Part shown: piece after piece, positions 13,865 through 32,075 of the stretch
Position numbering within the stretch: position 1 is the first letter of the stretch
Layout of the letters: each line of letters begins with the position of its first letter
Assembly (NCBI RefSeq): GCF_009914755.1
Contig: NC_060925.1
Direction: 5' to 3' (one strand)
Source of the DNA: the human T2T-CHM13v2.0 reference genome, Homo sapiens
DNA length: 64,000 nucleotides
Made by a program: the position numbers and the translations under genes
The notes under the pieces: generated by a model
Told to the model about the DNA's origin: nothing
The model's database searches: none
Seen by the model: only the letters and a program-made list of their open reading frames with translations

Positions 13865-14083
13865 CCCAGCCTGGACGACATGGCAAAACCCTGTCTCTAC
13901 AAAAAACTACAAAAAAATTAGCTGGGTGTGGTGGTGCATGCCTGCTGTCTCAGCTGCTCAGGAGGTTGAGGTGGGAGGATCACTTGAGCCCAGGAGAAGG
14001 AGGTTGCAGTGAGCCGATATCGGGCCACTGCACTCCAGCCTGGGAGACAGAGCCAGGCCCTGTCTCAAATATATATATATATA
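13865..14083 (+). mobile_element. 5'-truncated AluJ with (TA)n tail
   Basis: Linker plus right arm, with the J-type gaggatcacttgagcccagg. Confidence 0.85.
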
Positions 14084-16054
14084 AACATCTTTTTTAGAAA
14101 CCCTTAGAGCAGATGACACAGATGACAATCTGTGTTGTACTCTGAAAAGCCAACAGAACATTTAACAAACATTAATCCATATCAGGCCCCAATTCAACAA
14201 GTGCTGTGTGCTGCTCCCTTGTTCTTTGGGACTACACACGGTATGTCGAGTGGGGAATCTCTCCTCTTAATCTCTCACAATTCACCCACTGTTCAGGACC
14301 AGCCCTGACTCAGATCCCTCAGGCCACAGAGGCTGTTGCAACTCAGCCCCTGGCTCCCCACCCTGACGCTCTGGGTTATAGCCTTGGCGCTGTGAATCTC
14401 CTCTTCTACTGGCAAAGGCTCAGTCTGCACCTGGCTCCTTTCAGGAGATTGGACTCCCCAGCCCCTTTCCGCTCTGTTCATTAAAAACCACCACTGCAGC
14501 GGCTGGGCTCCCCGGGGCAGCCACCACAGAGGCTGCTGCGTTTGTTCTGATGTGAGCTGGATTCGGAGAGCTGGTTGGGTTCATTTCCTGTGCTTCCAGC
14601 CTCCTTCTCCATTGGCAGCACGCACTCACCATGGTAACGCTCAGGCCGCTTTTTGGAAACCCTCACTTCTCCTTGCTTAAAACTATTCAAAGAAAAATCC
14701 ATCCAAGCCCGTCAAGGAAAAGGTACTTATTAAATACCTTTCCCAAAGTTAAAACATCTCCAACAAGGAGCTGTCTGAGGCGCCTTCGAAGTTGTGTGTC
14801 CCTGAGACACATGCATAATTAGGTTAAACATGGAGCTGGAAGTAAAAAGGCACCACACTTACCCAGAACAAGAAAAGGTCAGAACGCTACCCCTCTGTGA
14901 GCCCTCACACAAAAGCTCGGGAAATGGAGGCTGTGGTTTTCAGGCAACGGGGCACGCGCTTGGGTGCGGCACCCCGAATCGTTCCCGCTGCTTGATCGTC
15001 ACGCTCTGTGAGCTCTTTCTAAGGTACATTTGCTATATTCATTAAAGGAGAGAACATTGGAAGCGTTTAAAATAAAATGCCTTGTGATTTTCAAAATCAT
15101 GAACATTTCCAGCAGGCTGAAGAGAAAGGGCTTTCTTGGCTGCAATAAGAAAGAATGAGAAAAAGAGAAAACCTCCTGAAAAAAAAGTGGCGGGGGGTGG
15201 TGATGGGGTCCATGTGATGCTGAGGTTTCTGTTTGTTTTGCTGATTTTCAGTAAGCAGGATTTGTTTCTTTTTCACCTTCACTTCCGGTTCTGTATTTTG
15301 CAGCTGTCACTGGATGGTGGTTTGGAAGCCCCTCAAATTCAATTCAGAGCCATGTTGCCCATAAAATGTAAGGATTGTCCAATTCAACGCAGAAACTCCC
15401 ATCTGTGAAGCCTTGGTATCGGGAGGGCTTATGAAATCAATAAAGCTCATCTGCCACCAAGGAGAGCCTCAGTTTCTGACAATGGAGGCTAGAACTTACA
15501 AAACTAAATGAAATTATTTCTTAAAAACTCAACTGCCCCTAATTTAAAAGGAATATGATAAGTTCAGAAATGAAGGTTTTTGATTACAGGATCCCAGGCC
15601 TATGAAAGAATGTCTGGCTACAAAAATAAGATTCCTGTTTTCTTACTAATTATAAAAGCACTTATTATGACAGCCCATAATTACTTAGATATGGCCATTC
15701 CAAAGGACAAATTATGTCTACTTAAAGGTAACTACAACAAAAACACAGTATAGCACAGATATCTACTCTACGCCTGTAATCCTGGCTCCTTGCTCTAGCA
15801 TTAAAGTGGTTAAATGAACTGGCAAAATCTCTCATTAGGGGGAGCCAAGAGGTAGTTCCAGCATTTGGACCTACAGTGAAGTTCCAGCATTTGGACTCAC
15901 AGTGAAGAATGCAGTCTCAGAAACACAAACCCAGACGGACACATCAGGTACCTAATTCACTCGGTGAAGTCTCACAGCTTCATCTGATGTTTACTCATGA
16001 CACATACACACCCGCCCTCTCCCAAAACAAATAAGACTCTCCCCAGTTACTCAC

Positions 16055-16124
16055 CTAGACCACCCTGACAAATGTCTGTGCGCGTGGCTCCACCAACGAT
16101 AAACTGAGGGCTGGGACACAACTC
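16055..16124 (-). CDS. CAPN8: Calpain-8 coding exon 2, aa 80-103 ([24 protein letters not shown])
   Basis: 70-nt exon read by hand (too short for the ORF track). Acceptor ttactttcag|GAG, donor CTAG|gtgagt. In frame with exon 1; encodes the calpain TRTDICQG motif including oxyanion-hole Gln99. Confidence 0.96.
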
Positions 16125-16170
16125 CTGAAAGTAATTTGGAACAAAACACAAGTCACAAGGTGCTCAGTGA

Positions 16171-16713
<543 letters not shown>

Positions 16714-17911
16714 CAGGACTAGTGTTTTAATACTATATGTGTGGTGTGGGTGTGTGGGTGTGTGGGTGTGGAAAGGTGGTGAGGAGCAGGGAGGTAGGAG
16801 AAAGGCAAAGGCTGAGATAATATGTGATGAAAAATGATCTCACCTATTCAGACAACACCCCTATTTACATAAAGAGATTAGAAGAATATTTAGCAAAATG
16901 CTGTGCACCCTGTGGGCACTCGTTAAAGTCTTGACTAAATGATAATGACCCCATGTGCTGATGGACACACTGAAGTGTCAGAAGTACCATGTATCCTGAG
17001 ATGAGGATTCATCTCTGATACATTCACATATCTGACCTGCACTTCCTCCACTCACCTATCTCAACTGGCATCTGCCTACAGCAATCTCATGGCCCTGGTG
17101 CTCTGTTGGGGCACAATGACACATGCTTTAGTCATGCTTTCTTTGTTTACCCAGCAAGGATTTTTTGAGTGCCCGTTCTGTATCCAGTACCCTTTGAACC
17201 ATGGCAGGCAGGGCAAAGAGGGAAACATGGTGAAATGAAGAAAGAAAAGAAATAAACCACGTAGTTCTTGGCCTCAAGGTGCTTTTGCTGTATATAGCAA
17301 ACCAAGATTGACATTATGAAAAAAGTCAGAGAAAAAAGGCTAGTGCATAATAATAGAATGTAGGCTATATCCACAAAGGGAGAAAAAACACAAAGAGAGA
17401 AAAATGAGAAGGGCCCAACAGGGATGATGGCTGCAAGACTTAGTGGGTGGGAGATGATGCCTGTCCATTAGAAAGGTAGGATGCAGGAGCAGTCTACGTA
17501 CTGGTTCCTAAAGAAGAGATGGGTCTACCTGTTCACCAGGCAAACTGCTAGGGGAAAAGGGCAGGACCTCGAGGGACAAAACGGAAGTCAGCCTACATTT
17601 AATCGGTGGCATCCTGGGCTGCACTACATCAAAGACTGTCTGGCCACAGAGAGAGAGAATCATTTCATTCTTACTTCATAGAGGTGAAGAAAGGGCAGAT
17701 CAGAAAGGACCAGGAAGCAGGAGGGTGGGCTGAGGGCAGATGCATGGGGTCTGGATGAAGCTGGCAGTGGGGATTCTGGGATTCTGCTGTGTGAGGTGGA
17801 ACCTTCCAGGTGGCAGCCCCATAGCCTCTATAAGGTGCTGGCTCCTGCTGAAATGGCAGAAACAGCTCCTCTGGGCTGACTTTTTTTTTTCCCAAGTATT
17901 AAAAAAAATTT

Positions 17912-18204
17912 TGCTGGGTGCGGTGGCTCACGCCTGTAATCCCAGCACTTTGGGAGGCTGAGGTGGGCGGATCACCTGAGGTCAGGAGTTTGAAACCATC
18001 CTAGCTAACATGGTGAAACTCCCTCTCTACTAAAAATACAAAAATTAGCCCGGCATGGTGGTGCGCCCCCGTAATCCCAGCTACTCAGGAGGCTGAGGCA
18101 GGAGAACCCAGGAGGCGGAGGTTGCAGTAAGCCAAGATCACGCCATTGCACTCCAGCTTGGGCAACAAGAGCGAAACTCCATCTCAAAAACAACAACAAC
18201 AAAA
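17912..18204 (+). mobile_element. AluS
   Basis: Full dimer with (CAA)n tail. Confidence 0.95.
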
Positions 18205-18387
18205 ATTTATTTACCTGTTTTTCATTGAAAAACTAATACATGAACATGAGAAAAAAAACCCAACAGTAAATAATGGTGTAAAACACAAAATCCCTTCCGC
18301 CTCAGAGTCCGCACTGGTAGCATTTCTTAAGTGTCCCTCCAGAAGCTGTCTTCTGATATGAAAGCATATTTATGTACATACACACGT

Positions 18388-18705
18388 TTTGGGTTTTTTT
18401 GTTTTTTGTTTTTTGTTTTTTTTTGAGACGGGGTCTCGCTCTTTGGCCCAAGCCAGAATGCAGTGGCGCGATCTCGGCTCACTGCAAGCTCCGCCTCCCG
18501 GGTTCACGCCCTTCTCCTGCCTCAGCCTCCTGAGTAGCTGGGACTACAGGCGCCCACCACCACGCCCAGCTAATTTTTTGTATTTTTTAGTAGAGATGGG
18601 GTTTCGCCTTGTTAACCAGGATGGTCTCCATCTCCTGACCTCGTGATCCGCCCGCCTCGGCCTCCCAAAGTGCTGGGATTACAGGCATGAGCCACCGCGC
18701 CCAGC
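18388..18705 (-). mobile_element. AluY-like
   Basis: CpG-rich; gggttcacgcc and gacctcgtgatcc diagnostics; TSD acatacacac. Confidence 0.9.
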
Positions 18706-19128
18706 CACATACACACATTTTTATCACATATGTCTTGTACGTATGTCTTAGGACATAGAGAGCTTTGTAACTTCATTAAAAGTACCATAAGTTATTTAGC
18801 TCGTTTATTTTCTTGCCATTTATTTATTTGTAAATAAAGGTTCTCTAGTGATGGACCTTTAGTTTTTTGTTTATTCATTCGCTTTCAGTCTTTTGCAATC
18901 TCTGGCGGCAACTTAAAGAGAAAAGTGGCACCAGCCAATCTGGGTGTTCTAAAAGTGTGCAGCTGCAAATGTTCACCCCGGGTGCCCAAGAGCTCCCAGT
19001 CTCCAAGCAGTCATTTTTTGGCAAATAAAAGGCAGAGAGATCTGATAGAGTAATAAGTAAAAAGAAAGAGAAAAAAATTTTAATTTAAATGTTGTTTTTA
19101 AAAAAAGAAGGAAAATGTTGTGTCGTCA

Positions 19129-19505
<377 letters not shown>

Positions 19506-20056
19506 ATGAATAGATTCCTGTTCTTCATCCGCCATTCATCCATCGGTCTACTGAAATCTGACTTCTACATCCATAGCTTCATAAAACTCCTCTCACCCAT
19601 GTCATCAATAATAACTAACTTCTCTTTGCATTTGGTACCGTTGGCTATTCCCTCTCTGAAATTGACTTCCATACCCTTACTCATGCTTGATTTTCTCCTT
19701 GCCTCTCTGAGCATTTCTCCTCAGTCTCCTTCATGCATTCTTCTACTGTGCTTACCCCTAAGTATCAAGGAACCCCTGGCTCTTGGTCCTCAACCCTCTG
19801 AGATTATCCCATTTCATACAGCAGTAACACCCCTAAGCATTCTTCTCTCAGTGACATCATTCGACCTCATGGCTTCAACTATTAACTGCAGAATATGCTG
19901 ATGCTTCCAAAATAACTCCCTGAGCTGTATCTTCAATTACCTGTGTCACATTGCTCATTTTTCATTAGATTCATATCTAATAGGCCTCCCAAGTTCTGCT
20001 AAAATGTTGAGTTTGGGTTGGAAGACAGAGTCATTGGCAAAGGCTACAGACAATTA

Positions 20057-20678
<622 letters not shown>

Positions 20679-22555
20679 TTAAAGAGGCAGGATTCTGTGA
20701 AGAGGCAGCCTGCCACCTACCCACACTTAGAACCCTTTTTTATCTTTCCTAATAACAATCATGTCTTTTTAGTAACACTGTTTTCTATTACTCAAGCGAG
20801 GATCTCAAAACACTCCATAAATACAAATTACTCTAACCTAGGATCAGCCTCTGATGACCAGGCCTAAGGAAATACAGGTATCAGTCAAGAATCCAAGGCA
20901 GAAAGTGACTGAAACCCACACTGTCTCAGTGATGATGGCTGTTTGGCCACACTGCTCTCCTAGAGCGTTAACCATGTCTGATAGCTTTGGTTTGCACTTT
21001 AGGAGCTCTGGTTTTTAGAACCCCCAGAGATGCTGCCATCTTCACCATCATCATCTTCAAGTATAGCCACATTGCTTGACCCAGCACCTCCATCCCTCTG
21101 TGATCTGGCCCCACTGGATGTTTCCAGCTTTGTCTGTCAGTTTCCCACAGTGAGTGATTATCACTCTCTTCCCATCACAGTGGACTCCCACCTTCCTCTG
21201 AATACACTTGCTCCCGATGCACTGCCACAACCCAGTACCTCTGCCCACACCTGCGCCTTCTCTTCAGTCTCTATCCCGATTCTCTTCCACCAACAATCCC
21301 AACTCAAACGTCTCCGGTAATTAACCTGCCCCAATGTCACTGTCAAATTTAACTGCTTCTTCCCCTGAACTCCCATACATTGTGTTCATATTTCTATTTA
21401 TTTCACTCTCTGGATATTCTGTCTTGTAATAACAGCTAGATTTCCTTATTCAAGCATCCCAATAACCAAAGCCTCCAAAAAACAGTGAAGTGGGTAATAT
21501 TATTATCTCCATTTTACGGAAGAGGAAAGTGAGTCTTGGGGTCATTAGTCATGGTTCCTCAGCTAGCAAATGGCCAGAGGGGACCAGAAACCTGATCTAC
21601 CTGACGCACGAGCTCATGCTCTTAACCACTCTGTGGCCTGCCAGCTGTCCACTTGTCCGTATGTCTCTCCCTGATGAGCCAAAGCTCCACAAAGACTCCT
21701 CTCCAGCACCTGAACACAACCAGCACGCAATAAATCATGGCTAAACTGAAAACTCCAGATTCACTCCAGATGTAGCAGCTGAAGAAAGAGTGGAAGCTCC
21801 AAGCTGAGGCCTGTCACCCTCATCCTTATCCTAACCTCCCAACAATTCATCCCCTTGACATTTCTCTTAAACTAGGTCCTTATTATGCAGCTGACATCAC
21901 TTCATTGCTGTCTTGCTGTATTTCTCCTTAAGATCAATAAACCACTTAATTGCCAAAAAGTGGACACTTCAGGGAAGAATATCATTGACTGCACTGCACC
22001 AGGGCCTGCTCATGCTGGGCATTCCTCAAACCACAGGACCTGGGCTGGGCATTAACCAAGCACAGAGGGGAAGCCAGAAAATAAGGAGGCAAAAATCTAC
22101 CTGCTAAGAACACCCCCGATCTCACATAGCCAACCATGCTGTTTGTGGTAGGATTGTTCTTGCCCAACCCTAAATTGTCTCAGGATTGTGAATAACCAAA
22201 AGTTCATCCTGAGAACCTATGCTTGACCTTGAGCCCTTCCTCTGGGCAAACTTGTCCTGAAACCCTTGGGACAAGAGCTCAAGCAAATCTTTGCTCAATT
22301 GCTTATGAATAGGCAGAAACGCCCAGCAGGGGCAGGATGTCAAATGATGTGATTTCAGAAAATATCTAAGTATCAATCTTTATTTTATTATTGAGAGGAC
22401 AAAAACATGTGTACATACATGTTCAACCCATCTCATCTGCTTTCCCCCAAAGGGCGGTAGAAATTAACGTCTGTGTGGGAACCAGGATCATATGAGTCAC
22501 ATTTAGGCAGTGGACTTAAAGCCCCCAACACTGAAGAAGTACAAAATCACCCTCA

Positions 22556-24420
<1,865 letters not shown>

Positions 24421-26377
24421 ATGAGTAAATGCAACAAATGAACTTACAATGCACCACATTTCTGGATACCCTGATCTCTTTGCAAACCCTTGAAAGGCCT
24501 CTTGGGAGGAAAAAATAATAATGAAGCATTTAGGATCAGGCTAATTTTCTCAGCATTCAATGCATGTTCCTCACAGAGATAGGATCAGAATCTTTACTGA
24601 TTCAGGAGTCTATTCAATAACTGTAAGATCTTAGAGGATAAGTCTGCCTTCTCTAATGTACCCTTGTGGTATGTGAGCATGAGCCTGCCCAAAAGCAGCT
24701 GTGTGATAATTTTTCACTGATGATTAGGGAAGGAGAGGTTAAATTTTGACACGCATTTATTTACTCAACACGCACTTGAAAACTCCAAATAGGAGTCCTT
24801 CAATTGCACCTTCCGCATTACTCAGGTTCTACTGCCTCATGCTCTGAATTTTACTTCCTCCTTTGACAGCCACAAATCAGCACATCCAGTCTACAATTAC
24901 CGCATTTCCACAGACCACGAGGACAGGTGAAGACATAGTTTGGGGAAGAACAGGCTATGTGGTTAAAGAGGTAAAGTCTCTAAGGATTTCAAAGAAAGGA
25001 GAAAAACTAAGCAAAGGTTAACTGATACCTGACTTTGGTCTCTAAAGGAAAATTTTCTCCCCCTCCTTCCTCTCCCCCAAGACCCTTGGGATCTGCAATG
25101 GTACCCCTCCCTAAGGCTTTTCACCACCCAGTTGTGACAACCCAGGTTCCCATGGCCCATCATTTATGCCTCTGTAGAGTTCTTACTTCATTCTGCCTTG
25201 GGCATCTGTCCTTTATTCACACCTGTGTCTCCCCACACTTTCCATCAGAGCTGAGACCACAGCTCCTTCCTCAGCTTCTCCCTGACCACCTTTCCAATCA
25301 GTGCAGAGCCCATGCCTGGCACAAAATGGAAGCTCAAAAAAACTGTCTGTTGAAATGAAATGTGGCTGTCTTGAAATTAGAATAAAAACCATTACTCCCA
25401 ATCTGGATTTTATCAACATACCAGGGTAACCCTATAGGTTTCAGAGGGGAATGGGAAGATGAACCACGGTGGGCGGGAGGGCAGCATGGCCAAGGAGTTA
25501 TTCTCAGAGATGAAAACTGTTAGGCAAAATCAGCAGGATCAAAGTAAAAAGGGTAGAGGTAGCTAGCTGGAGTTAAATAGTGATTTTGACCATTTTAGAA
25601 GAAGTACTCTCCCTTTGTCTTCCTGTTTCAACCACTGCCAAGAAAATAGGAACCCTGACTTGATTTCCCTATCATGGTTTAGAAGACAAAAGGTGCCCAG
25701 GTCATTTCATAGCCCCTCTCCTGAGACGTTGTTATGAGCTCTGTTGAACAGAGCACTTTGTATGGATGAGCTCAATTCTCACAACCACTCTGTATGGGAG
25801 AGGTTCTCATCCCTGAGGAATCACTTGACAAGGGTCACATAGTGATAGGTCATGGGTCTAGGTTTTGGGAGGACTGTTCTCCATCCCTTGCCCTTGAGCT
25901 TTGGGTAGTATCAGTAACCGCATCCAGGAGCCTCTGCCTTCCGTCTGCATCCACAGAGCCCCAGCTCCCACCTCTCCACTCACCAGCCCTGATGGAATAA
26001 TGTCAATTCATGACCTTGCGCAACCATGCACCTTTCAGCAATGATGTTGTCACAATTTACCTGCCAGCTGATTGCATCCAGCACTGAGTTGTTCCATTGT
26101 GCACTGGCCCAGGGACCATATGCAGTAATAACAACTACGTATTCTGCATCTATTATGTTCTGGGCACTATGCTCTGAGATTTATCTCTAATTCTCATACC
26201 AACCCTGAAAAATAAGGTGCCAGTAAATGCCATTTTACAGATGAGAAAACTAAGGTTCACAGAGTTTACCGGCCCAAAACAACACAGGCAGAGCTAGGAT
26301 TCAAATCTATCTTACCTAGTTCCAAAGCTCATCCATGCTCTTCTCTCTATACCTCACCATCTCTGAACAAGAGTTCA

Positions 26378-27033
<656 letters not shown>

Positions 27034-27131
27034 TTAGGGTCCACAGCCTCAACTTCTCCCTCAGTTCCTCCTGATCAGATGTAAGGCCCCTCCACCTTGT
27101 ATGTCACTCAACAGCAAGCCCGCTTCCTTAC

Positions 27132-27368
27132 CGTGGGCCGCTTCCAGATGATGCCTTGAGTTTGCGGAGAGCCTGGTCCAAGATCCTTGTAGCCCAAAGC
27201 TGATGGACATGCTGGGAACTCAGGGTCCTTAAATAGGACCCCTGAGTCCAAGCACTGTTGCCTCAGGGTCTTGAAATCCTGGCCCAAGTACTTCAAAGCG
27301 TTTTGGTTGGAGCCAAGACCTTGAGTGGCTGCCCGCTGCCTAGATACACCAGCTGCCTGGGCTGCCAT
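27132..27368 (-). CDS. CAPN8: Calpain-8 (nCL-2) coding exon 1, aa 1-79
   Basis: Translates [79 protein letters not shown], the classical calpain N-terminus (LF.DP.FP...WKRP). ATG at 27368-27366 in gccATGg context; 237 nt; phase-0 donor ACG|gtaagg. Confidence 0.97.
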
Positions 27369-27780
27369 GGCCGTGGGCTCTGTAGGGTGGACAGAAGGGC
27401 AGGGCTGCACTGTACTCTCAGACACCTGCTCCACTGGGAGGGGAGCTATAAGGCACTAAGGGAGGTGGAGCAGACAAACATTTCACCTGAGGCCCTGTTC
27501 CAGAAGGAAGTGAGTCATGGCCAGGGACAAATATGTACCCAAGGTCCAGGCCAATCTGCCCCACCTTCTTCTTCTGCCTTTTGCAAATAATTTGGGGTCT
27601 GGGAACTTTCCAGGGCCCATCCCAGGCCATTAGCCTAAGAAATCCATTAGGATCTTGACCCCACCCCGGCATTCCCTCCACACACCTCTTTGCAAGACCT
27701 GCTTACCTTGCTTCAAGCCCATTGACTGAGATGAGAAGGCTTATTGTGCAGCTTGAAGCAAATATTCATCAAGGAATTGG
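27369..27780 (-). promoter_or_regulatory. CAPN8: CAPN8 5'UTR and proximal promoter
   Basis: TATA-like TTATA (minus strand, 27447-27451) about 80 bp upstream of the ATG. ETS/AP-1 composite GGAAGTGAGTCA at 27506-27517. Forkhead-like ACAAACA/GCAAATA motifs (~27474, ~27583, ~27758). KLF-like CCCCACCC ~27659. No CpG island. The TSS is not directly visible. Confidence 0.65.
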
Positions 27781-28349
27781 AGGCATGGCTCTGAGCAGGA
27801 AGAAGGCAAGTAGTTACAGGGGCCTCCTTTCCTGCCAGAAATGTTTTGGTGCATATTTCCTAGGAAGGCAAAAAATACCAGAGAGTAGTGATTCACAGGC
27901 CAGATTTGGAATAAGCCTGACTGGAGGAGGTTCCACCTGTGAGTGAACGCTTTGGCCTCTGACTGCCTCGGTTTCTATCCCAGCTCCCCCAGTAATTTGC
28001 TCTGTCATGTTGGGCAAGTTGTTTAACCTCTTTTCTCCTAAGTTTTTTTATCTATAAACTGGAAGAGCATAGGAGAGCCTACCACAAAGGGTTGTTCGGA
28101 AGAGTGATGAGATAGTACATGTCATCTGCTTAGAACAGTATGAAGTAACATTCAGTGAATGTCAGGTATCACTATTCCTTGAAGCCAGGATTCCCAGAAA
28201 GGCCTTGGAATCAGGAGCCTTGATTCCAATCTCAGAAGTGAGTTACAAGCTGTATGACCTTGGATTAGTCACTTCTCTCTGGGCTCCAGTTTCCTACATC
28301 TGGTCTACCCGAAGGATGTCAACCACACCAATGCTTTTTGAACTTCAGT

Positions 28350-28803
28350 GTTTGTGGCATACTAGAAAATGGTCCCCCAAGGATACCAGGTCCTCATCTT
28401 GAGAACCTGTAAATAGTCCCTTATCTGGGAAAAGGGTTTTTGCTGCTATGACTAAGTTAAGGATCTCGAGATGGGAAGATTATCCTGACCCTAAATACAC
28501 AAGTGTCCTAAGAGGAAGGCAGAAGAAGATTTGACAATAGACAAAAAGGAGAGGTGATGAAATGAGGCAGGCAGAGGTTAGTGAGATCCTGCCCCACTCC
28601 AGGGAACACCAGCAGCCACAGGAGCTGGAAGGGGCAAGAATGGATTCTCCCCTAGAGCCGCTGGAGGGATGTGGGCCTTCCAACACCTCGATTTCACAGC
28701 CTTGGGACTTCTGGCCTCCAGAACGGTGACAGAATACATGTATGTTGTTCTAAGCCACCATATTTGTGGTCATTTGTTACAGAAGACGCAGGAAACAAAT
28801 ATA
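28350..28803 (+). mobile_element. MLT1 (MaLR) solo LTR
   Basis: aaaatggtccccca..ttaaggatctcgagatgggaagattatcctg...gttctaagccacca..ttgtggtcatttgttacag..gcaggaaac. Confidence 0.85.
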
Positions 28804-28819
28804 GTGTGCAGAAGAATCC

Positions 28820-29010
28820 CCTGGAGCACTCGCTCAAAATGCTGATTCCCTAATAGGTGCTACCACAAATCCTCCACCCCCATCCCTCCCAAAAAAGAGT
28901 TCTAATTCAGGAGGTCTGAAGTAAGACCCAGGAATCTGCAGTTTTTAAACCAGTACCACAGAGATGATGCTAATACAAGGATCCAGGTATGCCCTCTGAG
29001 AAGCTCTGGA
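28820..29010. mobile_element. MER5-like hAT-Charlie MITE
   Basis: aaaatgctgattccc..ttctaattcag.aggtctg..acccaggaatctgca.tttttaa pattern. Confidence 0.6.
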
Positions 29011-29078
29011 CCAGCCGACCTCTGAGGCCTCCAACTCTGACCTTCTAAGCCAATGACAGTCCACGTGTTAAGCACTTA

Positions 29079-29490
<412 letters not shown>

Positions 29491-31264
29491 AAATTCAAGG
29501 CCAAAATGGCCTTCAGAGGCTAAAGCTAGCCTCAGAAAGACTATGGTCCATGCCCCCTTGGGGACCCCGTCTTCCTTCCCTCAACATCACTTTCCCTTTG
29601 ATTCCACATCTGCCCACTATTAAGCTCATCTAGTGTTCACAGTTACATTTTCACCGGCCCACACAGTTGACACGGTCTCACTTGGGTGGCCCCAACCACC
29701 CCTAAAACCAGAACCACAACTCCATTCAGTCAAAACAGAATGGTCATTGCAAATCTTGGCTGTGTCACTGCCAAGCTTAAAACCTCCAATGGCTGCCCAC
29801 TGTTCCTGGGAGAAGAGTAAGGGGGATTTTGCACAGCCCATTAGACCTTGAGCAGCTGGCCCTGCCTACCTTTCCTCCTGCTCCATTCTCCCCTCCTGGC
29901 TTTCTTTCCATTCCTGGAATGTTGTGTTCTGTCCTGCTTCAGGGCTTGACACCTTCTGTGCCCTCCACCTGAAATGTTCTTCTCCCCACCCCAGCCCTGT
30001 TCATCCAGTAGACCTGGGTGCCCCAGAAAAGGTTTTCTGGACAACTCCACACCTCATACTAAGCCATTTTCCCCTCTTATACGCTCTCATAGCAACCTGC
30101 AAGACCCTGTCCCGCACCGATTCCTGTAATCATTTAATTAATGCCTCTCCACCCCATAAGGCTCTGATCTCCACGAGGACAATTACCCCTGTTTGTTTTA
30201 CTCATTGTTGTATTTCTAAACCCTAGAAAGCTCCTGGAACATAGTAGGGACTCAATAAATATTTGTTGCATGAATATACACCTACAGGTATGAGATGTGC
30301 TGTGGATAAACGTGCACCAGGTATAATGGACCTGACACCTTCCGGCAGGGTCATTAGTTCATTAGCAAGGATCCTATGGGATTGTTTTTCTTGCCTCTTT
30401 CTCCCCTACACCTCCCAGAAACATTCCCCTTAGACTGACTAAAATGAACAAGCCCTTCCTCCATCCAATCACAGAATAAGCACAGCTGGTAATTTTCCTT
30501 CTGCACAAGGGAACTCCTTCGAGGTTAGCAATCTCCTTCCTACCCCACCTGCCTGAATTACCTCGCTCCCACATCCAGATGCTGTGCAAACAAACCCTTC
30601 CTCATCGAGGCTGGCAGGTCTGAGCCACTGAAAATAGAGCCTTCCTTGTATCCAGGCACAAAAAGAACAAGTGGAGTTGAGAAGTCTCTGCTCCCCAGCG
30701 CCTCATGAGCAGACAGCAAACATCTATGTGTTCTCCAGCGAGGTACCCAGGAGGAAGCAGCCTGCATCCACTATCTCTGTCCACCTGGACAGATGTCTCT
30801 CCAGCCTCACACCCCAGGCACCACAGGAACCAGTGCCAGCTCCTTGCCAGGCAGCCTGAGGATCCACTAAGAGGTTGATGAGGGTGTGCAGACACAACTG
30901 ACACACGCCTGGCAGCACCTCCTTAATAAGAACACTTCTCGGCAAAGAGCCCAGGTGAATGCTGCCTCTTCTCTGTGCACACCAGCCAAGTGGGGATGCT
31001 GAGCTGTATCTATACATGGCTCCTCTCAGTCAAAAGGATCAAGGCTGTATTATCCCCTTAGAAAGGAAGATAAATCACTCTGGTTGCACCCAGCGGTCCA
31101 AGTGTTCTTTTCAGATGATTAAAGTTTGCAAAGCTTGTTGTCTTGCATAACTATAACTTCAGGGAAAAGATGGGTGCAAGCTAACTGCAGAATTCTCTCT
31201 CCTGGGCCTGACAGTTTCAGAATGCTAAGGCAAGCAGGGGTTGAATCCAGTGTCAAGAGGATTA

Positions 31265-32075
31265 CAGAGTTCTCATACATTGCTGGTGGGAATGTAAAAT
31301 GGTGCCGCTGTTTTGGAAAGCAGTCCAGCAGTTTCTCAAAATGCTAAACATAGAATTACACAGTAACTCTGAGTAACATCCCACTTCAAGGATTGAAAGA
31401 GAATTGAAAGCATATGTCTACACAAAAACGTGTACATAAATGCCCATAGGAGCATTATTCATAATAGCCAAAAAGTGGAAACAACCTAAATGCCCATCGA
31501 TGGACAAATGGATAAACAAAATGTGGTATATGCATATGATGGAATATTATTCAGCCATAAAAGGAGTCCATAAAAGGAGCGAGATACTGTTACATGCTAC
31601 AACATAGACGGATCTTAAAGACATGCAAAGTAAAAGAAGCAAATGACAAAAGGCCATACATTGTATAATTCCAGTTTTATGAAATGCCTAGAATTGCAAA
31701 GCCATAGGGAAAGAAAGCAGAGTCGTGGTTGCCAAGGATTGGGAAGTGGGGGCTGACTCTAATAGTTACAAGGTTTCTTTTTTGGGGTGATGAAATTATT
31801 ATGGAATGAGATGGTGGTGATAGTTGCACAACCAAAAGTCACATTTTAGGCCAGGCACAGTGGCTTACACCTGCAATCCCAGCACTTTGTCAAGCTGAGC
31901 TGGGAGCATCGCTTGAGCCCAGGAGGTTGAGGCTGCCGTGGGCTATGGTTGCACCACTGTACTCTCATCTGGATGAGCAAGCGAGACCTGTCTCAAATAA
32001 ATAAATAAATATCACACTTTAAATGTACACTTTGGCGATGTTTATGTTATGTGAGTTATATCTCAATTTTAAAAT
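31265..32075 (+). mobile_element. L1M 3' end with an inserted Alu monomer (FRAM-like, ~31849-32010)
   Basis: ctcatacattgctggtgggaatgtaaaatgg...tggataaacaaaatgtggtata...; single-arm Alu inside. Confidence 0.85.

Noticed and set aside
27108-27434. 108-aa ORF with N-terminal extension MEQVSEST... and tail VRKRACC
   Set aside because: It starts at a GTG at or upstream of the likely TSS and reads through the splice donor; the real coding part is 27368-27132.
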